From Xylographa opegraphella (taxonomy: Eukaryota), in assembly GCA_022813865.1 (NCBI GenBank), contig JALDZX010000049.1:62001-126000 (forward strand): a stretch of DNA of 64,000 bases, in the 5' to 3' direction. Each line of letters begins with the position of its first letter. Position 1 is the first letter of the stretch. The notes beneath the pieces were generated by a model that was given only the letters and a program-made list of their open reading frames with translations, did no database searches and was not told the DNA's origin. Positions 37,126 to 47,719 of the stretch are shown here, one piece after another. The translations under genes were made by a program, and so were the position numbers.

Positions 37126-37787
37126 GACGATCAGCGCCCCCCTGTAGGCTTGCAAACGGACAAAGGAAGCAATCCTAAGTCTCTGAAGCTACTGGACTGC
37201 AAAGACAAACGAAGCGATCTGGAGCGCAATACTATCAGTATTTGGCTTGCTATTTAGCACGATGAGCACAATGGAGATCGGCATTTACATAGATCGATGG
37301 CATCAGGCACGAGTTGTCACATCCACTGCGATCCTCGCCCTGTCGTCGCACTGTGGTCGACGAGATGTCCAGCATGGGCTTGGATAAACCTGGAGCTGCA
37401 TGCTCGGAAAAGCAATTGCCACGCCGGAACAGGAAAAGCGGAGTCGGCAGCCTCCGTGAATTGCTGGGAAATTCGGAAAAGATTATTTGATCTATACATC
37501 ACGTCGAGGATCAAGTTAAAGAATTTGAACAAAGATGTCACGCCAGGGGAATGGACACGATTGTTTCAAGAGCAAATGTTGGCATGCTTAGGGTGCCTTC
37601 GAAGCTCGATTCCATCATTAATCAGGCAATTCGATAGTCCTATCGTGAAATATTCCAGTGCATTCCTGCAACCCTCCGGTCACATCCTACAATTTTCCAT
37701 GTACCCTCCCACGAATCCCACGGCTTTCCACTACCGCCCCAGAAGCCATCCAGAAGATACCAATCCATGCACTACGTGCCCGCACAT

Positions 37788-38471
37788 CTAGCATGCAAGG
37801 CCGATACCATCGCACTTCCAGCACTTCGGACGCGGACCTAACCAAGCAGCACGTAGCTCGAAAGCAAGTTCTTCCTGCATTTCAACACACGAATGGGCAG
37901 TCGGGAATGGAGGAGCCGCATCTTGCTGACATTGCTCGTTGTAGGAGGCCCTGGATCGCCTTCTTGTGAGAGAAGCAGTCTCCATGCCACGTAGCTCCAG
38001 CAGGCGTGTGATACCACCAAGCTGATCGGCGGCCTTCCAGCCTTCGTAGTGTAGCCGTAAAGATGAAAGCCTGATGCAATCTTTCAACAAAGTGCAGAGG
38101 AAAGGTGAAACGATATTTCGCGCGACAGTCGGCACAATGATCGTCAGTTTCGTTATCTCGTGCCGAGCGCTGAGTCCAAGACTTTTCAAGAATTGTTCGA
38201 TCCGTTTCGAGGAGGTGTAGGTAAGGAAATGGTTGTCGTGGTAGTAAAATCGATGAGCTTCATTATAGATGGCACGACAGACAGCGACGATGCTCTTCGA
38301 CGATCCGATGTGAGACTGCTGCTTTGGGTGTAAAGGGATCCTCTTGTTACATCCTCGCTTGCAAGCAACAGATCCTAGCTTTTTCACCATAAGTACTGGC
38401 TGTACGGGCTGCACCAGTACCAATCTGTAGATCATCTGGCAAATTTCGAGAGGCAGGGTCATGAAAGACAT
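37788..38471 (-). CDS. F-box-like hypothetical protein (LPxEI...IY N-terminus)
   Basis: FMTLPLEICQMIYRLVL and VCRAIYNEA...FY..N.F pattern of a large fungal F-box-like family. Confidence 0.7.
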   Translation of the reverse strand: MSFMTLPLEICQMIYRLVLVQPVQPVLMVKKLGSVACKRGCNKRIPLHPKQQSHIGSSKSIVAVCRAIYNEAHRFYYHDNHFLTYTSSKRIEQFLKSLGLSARHEITKLTIIVPTVARNIVSPFLCTLLKDCIRLSSLRLHYEGWKAADQLGGITRLLELRGMETASLTRRRSRASYNEQCQQDAAPPFPTAHSCVEMQEELAFELRAAWLGPRPKCWKCDGIGLAC

Positions 38472-38674
38472 CCTGAATTGTTGTCGAAGACTGGCATGTC
38501 GGCTTCCTATAAGACGAGGGTTGATTTATAAAATATTGTATAGACAACTTGGAACGATCCTGATATTATTGGGAACATCCAGGTGTGACCCAGAATCCAG
38601 CTACCATAGAAACATCACGAGAGGGCTACCTCCCAATCACTCTCACCATGGACTGATCTAGCAGAGAGCCGACA

Positions 38675-38984
38675 TCAAGAGTTGGCATCGATCTCTCCCC
38701 ACTTCGCCTTGATCCTCTCCCGCTCTTTTTTTGCTTGCTCCCTGTTTCGTGCAGTTCTTTCGAGCCTTTCAGCCCTCAAACATTTGTTGACATCCGTTTT
38801 AGCTTGATTGCAGCTTCCTATGGCTTTATGGAGAAAGCCCCGAGCGTGACACTCATCGAGGATTGCCATGACTTCTTCACAACCTGACAGGAAAAAGCTC
38901 GTCGTTAGCTGAGACAAGCCTTATCAGCAGGTTCTGAAGCTAGAACCTACCTCTATTGTCCTTTGTGTGTAGGTGAGGATGCAT
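38675..38984 (-). CDS. CMC2: COX assembly mitochondrial protein (twin CX9C), 2 exons
   Basis: MHPHLH start; CEEVMAILDEC...CNQAKTDVNKC; intron 38884-38950. Confidence 0.9.
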
Positions 38985-39219
38985 TTCGATCTAGTTCTAT
39001 TTGGATACGAGGATATGCGTCTGTAAGGTCGAGGTGCAAAGAGAAGTCACTGGATCACGTGAAGACGGCCCGTTTTTGCCTCGGAAGCTTCCATCCCCGG
39101 GCAGCTACAAATGCTGTCCCACCTTTCAGCCCTGCCGAACAATCTACAGAATTGTTCTCGAAACGAGCAGCTTCAAAGACGCAAGACGAATCAAGCCACG
39201 CGTATGCAACACCGCTATA

Positions 39220-39818
39220 ATGGCGCAACAACAAATCACCGCAAAGAAGCAGCAAGGTATTACGAGAGTGACCTCTTCGTTGTACTATGCTAAATCAAAG
39301 GCCAGAGCTTCAGCTACAGTACACCACCTACAAGAACAATCTGCAACAACTGGCACAAAAAATTGGTGATGTGGAGCAAGAGACTGAGGAACACAAGTAT
39401 GACAAGTCCGTCCTTTCCGTAATCTATCCTTATCCGCACGCTATGGGCTTCTATTCCACACCGCCAGATCACATGGCTTACCGCTCTTTTGCTTCGCAGG
39501 TTAGTTCTCGAAACCCTGGATCCGCTTCCTCTCGATCGGAAATGTTTTCGTATGGTCAATGGTGTACTAGTTGAACGGACGGTAAAGGATGTGATTCCGG
39601 CGCTAAAAATCAATTCGGACGGGCTCAGGAAAGTATTGGATGAGCTGGTCAAGCAATACAAGAAACAACAGGATGACATGGAGAAGTGGAAGGTAAGCTC
39701 CTCGTGGGGCGAATTGGTTGATGCACGAAGCACCTGCTTGAGATAGTGGGTCGCCTACTTTGTACTAATCCGAAAAATTCTACAGAAGAAAAACAACATT
39801 CAGGTCGTGCAACAATAG
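39220..39818 (+). CDS. GIM4: prefoldin subunit 2, 4 exons
   Basis: LAQKIGDVEQETEEHK, LVLETL, DRKCFRMVNGVLVERTV, WKKKNNIQVVQ; divergent from CMC2 with TCACGTGA at ~39055. Confidence 0.92.
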
Positions 39819-41161
39819 TGTGCCACGGAGGCGATAGACTACGGAGCTCGAATGGACTGGACTTGAACTACATGAGGAACCGTCAATGTGATTTCGCTCA
39901 ACTGCGCCATCTTCTACACTTTCATCCTCGAGCGGTACGAGTACCCAATAGGCTGCAAGCATGCCCGATGACTCGAGCTCTGAGTATCGAAGTGCTTGCT
40001 GGCTATGAAAGCGCACATGAAAGGACGTCAGCGGCCGCAAAGAAGGCCAGCAGAAGGCTCTCGAAGGCCATTCGATGCAGAGCCGATGTCAAGCCTCATG
40101 AGAGTTTTTGCTAGGGTGGAGGCTTGAAAGGGTTGTGGCTGCTTGGGGGAGATGAGCTGGCATTGATCCACTAAAGGCATTGCCCAATGTAGCGCGAAGC
40201 CCTAACCCATGCGAGGCGATGCCCAACAATGTGGGCAAGTCGGCCATAGGATACCTTACGTGTCCGGCCAGGCTAGGGGAAGGTACCTGGGCGGAGCGGC
40301 CTCTCCTCACTGGACGCTTCAACGTCAGGTGGAATACTGATGGGAAGAGGTTCGCGCATGGCTAGAAAAACACCGTGGAGGTTGCAAACAGCAGGCAGAA
40401 TACCATTGTTCAGACTCGAGACCGTTGTCCCGCATTGACCGTGAGGCTCGTATTGTGGAGGCGTCTCCATGCGACCCCATGCGCTGCTTGGGCGCCGATG
40501 CACGAGCTCGAGCGTGCCTGCTGCCCCGACTCCGATTGTCAGCCCCGCCCGCTGCATACATAAGTATATACGGCGGTAGCTTTCGATAAATGCCGCCGAT
40601 GTGAATCCCGAGCCGTTGCATATCTGTTATCTCTTGTGTCTGGGCGCCGACCACGACGATTGGTAAGAAGAAAGCACCGGGGAGCTGAGCGAATGGCGCC
40701 ATGGGGCAGACGCGCTCTCTTCCTGTGAATCCAAGACGGCCACACACCCTCCATCCTCTGCCCTCCACTCTCCACCCCCACTTGCGCAAAGAAAAGGGAA
40801 CAATGAAAGTGGGCTGCATACAGGCACTTCCGGTGCCGCAGCACTGCAGGCACGCAGCCTTTGTTCCGGCCTGGTGACAATTAATCGGCCGCCCGTTCAA
40901 CGGCCGCCGCTGTGCCGTGGTTGGACGAGGGCAGCTGGGCCTGATGATTGCCCGCACGTGAACGGCTCGCTGGACGCAAGGCCAAAGCCGACGAGGAGGG
41001 TGGGAGAGAACCGATCGCGGCCAGGATGGAGAGAGTTCATTTGCGAGCCGGTGTGGCCAGTGTAGTGTAGATAGTCTATCCAGCAAGATCCGAGTCTCGA
41101 TGAACGCGTTTCCGTTGCTAAAGCCGTAAGCCCCCATGCCTCTGCCCGACTTCCGTTCCAG

Positions 41162-41164
<3 letters not shown>

Positions 41165-41223
<59 letters not shown>

Positions 41224-41230
41224 TCACTCT
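41165..41230 (+). repeat. (CACCCT)8 hexamer microsatellite with degenerate flanks; (TGAGGG)n on minus strand
   Basis: Eight perfect units 41171-41218, flanked by CACCTT and CACTCT x2. Confidence 0.95.
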
Positions 41231-42410
41231 GAACACGCTCGACGTGCAGCTGAACACCACGCGGGTCAGCCTAGCTCTCCAAGTACGACGATAGCTTGCT
41301 GCCTCCCACATTAAGACGCCTTAGCCTCGAAGCCCGTCGCGCCCCAAGCTCTCCCTTCTGCCCTCTTCGTACACTGGAGCGACTTTTAGGATATCCTGAT
41401 CGCTTCCACGGCCAATCTCTACGCTTCCGTTCAGATACGACCTCGAGATCACACACACACACACTACACACACACTGTAGAAAGCGTCTCGAGAACGAAC
41501 AACGCCCCCCACTCTTCTCCCCCCCACAAGCGCTTCGCGCTACCAGATCCACCCAAGAACCCGAAATACTGCGTCTTGTCTGGATTGACCTTGTGCAAGC
41601 TTCGTCGACGTGGCAGTACGTCCGCGAAGCCACCCCGGTTCTCCCCCATCGATCCATTTGCGTCGCGCAGCTTCGACTCAAACCGTTGCGGTGTGCGTTT
41701 CAAACCTCTTTGCGCCTAACATGCAAAGGTCGGGCTGTTAAGGTTCTCTCTTGCGCAACCTAGCATTCTCTACTTGCGCCGTCCGGAAGGTCTGTCAAGC
41801 CCGCGCTTCCACCAAGCACCCAGCTTCCATTCTCCTGCTGACTCGACTGAAAGCCCAACCCCCCGTGCAGTATCCAACCGGCGTCGGTCCTCGGCAGCGA
41901 TCCCACCCGTCGTCCATTCGCCGTCCTTCGTCAAGCGAACGTAGACGCTCGCGTCCTGTCAAACTCGTCGTGTACATACATTCCGTGCGTGAGCCTTCGA
42001 GTTGGAATACAAGAGCGTCCAACTGCAGCTAGCGCAAAGGGTGCTGGCCGCTCTGCTACGCGTGTCCGCAGATCCTCGTCCATACATACACCTGCATTGT
42101 TCAATGCCCTGATCCAAAACCTGTGACGCAGCAGTAGCTCCCAGCTGGGAAGAAACAGAGTTTCGGCGGCTTTGCCTCGTTCGTTTGGCGTGCTAGGTAA
42201 AATCACAACCCTCCTCTTCCCCACCCCCCCCCGGTGTACAACGAGGCGAACAGAAGAGCCCCCAAGGTTGGGGTGTGACGCACGACGGTGCAGCGTTGCT
42301 TCCTAAGGCGTGAGCCGGTCCATTCGTGACGTGTCATCGGTCTGCAGCGGGCGTGGGAGCCAACTGATCTGCCAGGAGCCCGTTCTGCACGCAGCCAGTA
42401 TACATACATC

Positions 42411-43602
42411 ATGTCGGCTTCCCCACCCAAGGAAACGGAGGTGGAACAAGGAGACCCGTCTCCAGATAACTCCGACCATATGTCTAGAGGCGACCCAGAC
42501 GCACAAGCGCGAGATTTGACCTTTGAGTTTGAGGTTAAGGAGCAGGACAGATGGTTACCGATAGCAAATGGTTGGTTTTCCGTGCATCGTCAGCTTCGTA
42601 TCAGTGTTCGCATGCCTCGAGGTCGCTGCAGCAGCCTTCGAGCGCTCCGGTTGGTGCCGCTTATGGCCTGCCTCCGCCGGTCACACGCCCGTGTCTCTGC
42701 TTTCTACTGGTCTCTTCCTCTAGATCTGCACCAGCATCCCTCCTCTCTCTTCTCTATGGTTCATGTCTCCTGAGCCAGTGGGAGCTCGCAAATATGTCCC
42801 GCGATTCCCCGCAGTCCATTTCACCGGAGCGTCGCTCTAGAGACAGCGATTCTCATGCTTATTCGGATGCTAATATACGTAACTTTGCACCAGTGGCCCG
42901 CATTATGAAGACAGCCCTGCCGGACAATGCCAAAATCGCAAAGGAGGCCAAAGAATGCATGCAGGAGTGCGTGAGCGAGTTTATTTCCTTCATCACAAGC
43001 GAAGGTATGCAATCCCCCATTCTCTCCCTGATCCACCGAACGGTACCCATGATTAACCATCCGACCGCTGGATGAAGCATCGGAGAAATGCCAGCAAGAG
43101 AAACGGAAAACCGTCAACGGAGAAGACATTCTCTTCGCCATGACATCCCTGGGGTTTGAAAATTATGCCGAAGCGCTTAAGATCTATCTAGCAAAATATA
43201 GAGAAGTGAGTTGTCCGGTCCATTCGAGTTACAATGCCGCGACTGCCAATTTGATTCTTCGCCGCTGTCTGAGCTCGGCAAAGACGTTAATGTCTTTTCC
43301 AGACTCAATCCACCCGAGGCGACAATCAGAATCAGGTTCGACCGGGCAGCGGCTATGGATCAGCCACCGCTCAAGCTCAGGGCGGTCCTGCCAGCATGGG
43401 GGCTACGACGTCTGGCCTGGTGGGTGGTGGTGGCGTTTCTGGGGTGGCGTCACAGTCAAGTGGGTATCCAGGTCAGCAGGAAAGCACGACCAACAGTTTG
43501 CTTGCCGCTCAACTTGACAATCCAGATCAAGATCCCAATCCCTACGCCAATGTCTACCCACCCGGCGGTGGACACAACGGCACAACAGATGAACCGTATT
43601 AG
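42411..43602 (+). CDS. hapC: CCAAT-binding complex subunit HapC/Hap3 (NF-YB), 4 exons
   Basis: [16 protein letters not shown]...[41 protein letters not shown]; exons 42411-42570, 42894-43004, 43078-43205, 43303-43602. Confidence 0.96.
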
Positions 43603-44877
43603 ATCGCTCATCATCACGCTAGACGGCTGATCTTACCTGGTGCGGCTCTCTCTGTACAGCATCTTTCCTCCACTGTACATATACCGGGCGGACCTCTCGA
43701 CTCGCCTTGTACTCATATGTCGTCATTTGTGCGCTCCCCAGTCTCATAGAGCGTTGATCATTTCTTCCTGTACCATCATTTATCTATTTTCTTGCACCAA
43801 AAGCATTTTCGAAGGATCTCAGAAAGGATGGAGGCTATTTTAAGACGCGAGGGCAGAGCTCTGATGGAGCGAACTAGAGTATTGTGCTCGTGCACCACCT
43901 TTTCCTTAATCTACCTTTTTGTGTGGGTCAGCATATGGGCGTGAGGCGGTTGGGAAGATACCAAGGGCTAGGGAATTACTTTCGTGGCAATGGCAACAAA
44001 TTGATTATTTTGGCAGTAAGACGGAGTATCGGAAGCGGATTCCGCCTTCGTTGTCGAGCTTTGGATCAAGCTTGTAGACTTGCAGTCAGGATTGAAATGC
44101 GTTTAGAATGTTTGACTGAGCGTGAAGGTCTTACGGCCACACCGGGTCAAGGCAGCGGCATTCGAAACGTAGATCCACAGCGACTCATAAAGGCACCGGC
44201 ATTCTACCATTGCATGCCGCACCTGCGATCACGGGTTGAGGTCTCAAGTCGCTAATCCTAGGTACCATCTTTCAATGTACATCTCTGCTTGATCTTTTTC
44301 GGCTTCCGTCAATCGTTCCGTCTGTACTAAGCGTACCATCGTCTCAGTGCTTTTGCTGTCGTGTCTGCAGATTCTGTTTTGTGAGCTTCTACAACGAATG
44401 TACTGTCATACAATCATATTGTTTAATACTATCAATTTACCTGAATATTACATTGTCTCATAATGTACCACTTTTTTGCTTTACTTGCTCCTTCGAAGAA
44501 GCTGATTCTCCTGAAACCTTCACGTTATAGTGTAAGCCACAAAGAACTAGACAATAATCTTCTTATGGATATTGCGCTTTGTAGCAGCTTTGTTGTACTC
44601 ACAATCGCCATTGTCGGATTGCGCATTCTTAGGTTATGGTGTTTGTTCCAATTGTGATATACCTGAATTACACCAAGAAGCTAGTTGTGACTTTTTGTAT
44701 GTGTCTTCGTCTTCGATTGTTCTGTCCTTCGGTCCAATACAGGGGTACAAAGCATACTCGACCTCCAGCCTTTAATTACCATAGATTCTGTCCTTCCGCG
44801 GGCCGCCTTCCCAGCTAAACATTCTTACGCTACCTGTGACAGGTATCTACAATCTGTTACCAACTTTTCATCCTCAG

Positions 44878-47334
44878 ATGAGAACTTCTACTCCCATATC
44901 TTCCACGTCTGGCCGCAGTTCAGGACATGGGTCGGTACCCGAGCGTCCTGGTCTACGTCGATCCATTTCCTTCAATGACCCTTCAAACGAAGATGGTATG
45001 GATGATGGAAGTCAACCGGCTGCCCAAGTTGAAACATCACCTGCTGATGGTGCCGATTCTTCCTCGGACCGGGGTCATACCGATCAATCCCACCCCTTCC
45101 GAGACGAGTCCTTTCCGCCTCCGGACGTAGGATCTGTCGCTGCACGCGCGGAAGCATACGCGGAAGCGTTCTTGGAGAACGAGAGCGTCGAATTTCAAGC
45201 TCCGCTGACGGAGTCAGATGGTCCCCCATACGAATTCGAGAGACAAGCTCGATCCCTCGCGCTAGATCTTCTTCAACATCACGCTCTTCGGTTGGGCATA
45301 CATTACCCAGAAGACAGTCTCTTCTTTCAGATCGGTGCACATAGGGTAGCTGTCCGTGCTCACGGCAATGATCCTTATGCTCACAGTTCCCGCAGTCTAC
45401 ACCGGCCTCATCGGCGGTACAAGTTAGCGCTCTTTCGTCACGACAAGAATGGGTCATCCAGCCCTGACACCGATGATAGAACTTCGTCGTCCGATGAGAC
45501 CAGGTCCGACGAAAGCTCCGAAAGTGATATCAACAGCACCAATCCACCTCGCAAACTCCGGGCCCCACCTCCCGACAACATTCAGCAAGCCATTGTGGGA
45601 TATGTTGCAATGTACATTGCGTGCCAGGACGAAATCGTTGAGTGGGTCGCCAGTGGTGATATGACCCGGGCACCATACTTCCCCCGCCTTGACCAACCAG
45701 GGACCCCAGAATATGAAGCCTCTACCGATGCACGTGTTTGGGCACTCGACAACCTTGAGCAAATGGCCTGGGACGGACGTGTACGCCTTCCCCATCCGGC
45801 CGCGTTCTTCGCCAACTGCAATGAGCTGATGCGCCACGCCGACCGGTGGCAATTTCAATTCCCATACATCCAGGCCGTCGTCAATGGGGAGGAATCTCCA
45901 ACCCCAGTTCGATCAGGTGAACCTCACCCTGAACTTGGTCCTCGCCCGTGCAGAACTCTCCTCATCGAGGCCGCCGAAACGGTCGAAACTGCCGGAACCG
46001 TCGTAACCTCAAGAAGCGACGAAACCGACTTCGGACCCTTGCTCAACGACCCTGGCACCGACGATCTACCCCTTCGGTTAGATGACGAACCCAACCCAAA
46101 CCCAGATCATCACGGCCCCCCGCGCAGGCTCGACCTTTACGGCAACATCATTGAGAATCCGGCTGAGTACTGGGACTACGACGAGCGCATCTTGAGCCTC
46201 GACGAGCCGCCTGCGCCGCCACCATATGGCCTGCACCAACAGGACGAGCCGCATCTCGTAAACGAGAGGTCGTTCCGCATCGAGGCCTCCGACCTCGTCA
46301 TCGTCCTGAATAACGACAAAGAGTGCCATTCAGCACACGGCATTCCTCCGGACTACGGCACCAGAGGGCGCCCCCTCGCACGCCGCTACGCTCCCCCGCC
46401 ACCGACGACGGAGCCACGCCTGAATCTTCTCGGCGAGCCCATCACGCCTCGGAACTCGCCCCCCCGCGTCGCGAACTCCGCACAGCCCGGACTGGGGGAT
46501 AACATTTCCGCAACGCTGCACGCTGCATTCGCGACTAGGCCCCCCCGACGCGGAACCCCGGCCCTGCGCACGCGCGACTTCCTCGGCTTCGCCAGCCACA
46601 CGCCGCCCAACACGCCCAGCACGCCGGCCTTGACCATCCGCAACGGCGTGCCCTCGCCCGAGAGGCCTCCGAGTCCGTCTACGCTATCATGGCCGCCGGA
46701 CTTTACCCTCGGGTCGCCAGCTGCTCACCACACCACGCCCGTGCGGCTCACCACACCGCCATCCAGCACACCGTCCCCGAACTTCCCGCCACACCCGCCC
46801 CCTACCCCGATCGCGATACCTTCATTCGCCTCTCTCTCAGACAGCTCCCCACCCATCTCCCCCCCGCGCGTGCCCATTCCCCCTTCCCTCCCTTCCTCCC
46901 CGGTTCTCCTCCCGCCTCTCACACCCACCAGCAGCCCCAACGACCCCGGCCCCCTCGACTCCGTGCCCCGTCTCCCTGCTCTTTCACCTGACCTGTCTGA
47001 CGCGGACTCCGTGCCCGCCTCGCCCCCGCCCGGGTACGCCTCGCGCGAGACCTCCCCGCCGGAAACGGCAACGCGGCTCCGGCGCCCGAGAGCCGAGACA
47101 GTGGTCTGCGCGGCGCCGATGCGCTGGCCGGAGACGGGGGAGGAGACGAGGCGGGAGTGGGGCCGCGAGAGGTTCGTGAGGGGGGATGGGGAGCGTGGTG
47201 GGCGGTGGAGGCTGCGAAGGAGGGGGACGAGGGTCGAGACCCGTAGCGGGGAGGGAGTGTGGGTTGTTGGGGAGGCGCAGGGGCAGGGGCATTGGGAGGG
47301 GTGGAGCCAGGGGCGGTGGGAGAGTGATGCGTGA
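44878..47334 (+). CDS. large orphan hypothetical protein, disordered with Pro-rich C-terminal half
   Basis: Uninterrupted ~818-codon frame from ATG 44878; no recognisable domain. Confidence 0.7.
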   Translation: MRTSTPISSTSGRSSGHGSVPERPGLRRSISFNDPSNEDGMDDGSQPAAQVETSPADGADSSSDRGHTDQSHPFRDESFPPPDVGSVAARAEAYAEAFLENESVEFQAPLTESDGPPYEFERQARSLALDLLQHHALRLGIHYPEDSLFFQIGAHRVAVRAHGNDPYAHSSRSLHRPHRRYKLALFRHDKNGSSSPDTDDRTSSSDETRSDESSESDINSTNPPRKLRAPPPDNIQQAIVGYVAMYIACQDEIVEWVASGDMTRAPYFPRLDQPGTPEYEASTDARVWALDNLEQMAWDGRVRLPHPAAFFANCNELMRHADRWQFQFPYIQAVVNGEESPTPVRSGEPHPELGPRPCRTLLIEAAETVETAGTVVTSRSDETDFGPLLNDPGTDDLPLRLDDEPNPNPDHHGPPRRLDLYGNIIENPAEYWDYDERILSLDEPPAPPPYGLHQQDEPHLVNERSFRIEASDLVIVLNNDKECHSAHGIPPDYGTRGRPLARRYAPPPPTTEPRLNLLGEPITPRNSPPRVANSAQPGLGDNISATLHAAFATRPPRRGTPALRTRDFLGFASHTPPNTPSTPALTIRNGVPSPERPPSPSTLSWPPDFTLGSPAAHHTTPVRLTTPPSSTPSPNFPPHPPPTPIAIPSFASLSDSSPPISPPRVPIPPSLPSSPVLLPPLTPTSSPNDPGPLDSVPRLPALSPDLSDADSVPASPPPGYASRETSPPETATRLRRPRAETVVCAAPMRWPETGEETRREWGRERFVRGDGERGGRWRLRRRGTRVETRSGEGVWVVGEAQGQGHWEGWSQGRWESDA

Positions 47335-47550
47335 GATGGGGAGGGGGATGGTAGATAGGTGGGAGAATGAGAGGAGATAGCTGGAACACGATACGAGAAA
47401 AATGGAATTGATTCACCTTGGCTTTATGATGGGAGAGATGGTGTTTAGCTAGCTGTGCTTGAGGAATATGTATTGTATTGCCCTGCACTTGCATACGAGG
47501 GAGGCGGTTTGCGGATGCAAAGCGTAGGGAGAGTTAGTAGCGATTGGGCA

Positions 47551-47642
47551 GATATTCTTTCGTGTTGCGACGATATTCTTTCGTGTTGCGACGATATTCT
47601 TTCGTGTTGCGACGATATTCTTTCGTGTTGCGACGATGTTCT
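47551..47642. repeat. 21-bp minisatellite, 4 perfect copies plus partial
   Basis: GATATTCTTTCGTGTTGCGAC at 47551, 47572, 47593 and 47614, then GATGTTCT. Confidence 0.97.
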
Positions 47643-47719
47643 CAATCGTATATGCGTACATAAATTCGCATCTCGCCCCGCAGACCTGATTTTTGTGCAC
47701 GACCATGCAAGGAAAACCG

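Noticed and set aside
41165..41230. True interstitial telomere
   Set aside because: Unit is TGAGGG, not TTAGGG; short and embedded among housekeeping genes.
40325..41763. 328-aa (RV-repeat) and 155-aa ORFs upstream of hapC
   Set aside because: Non-ATG starts, low complexity driven by the microsatellite, no protein-like features.
47551..47642. CRISPR-like array
   Set aside because: Head-to-tail identical units without spacers, in a eukaryotic genome.
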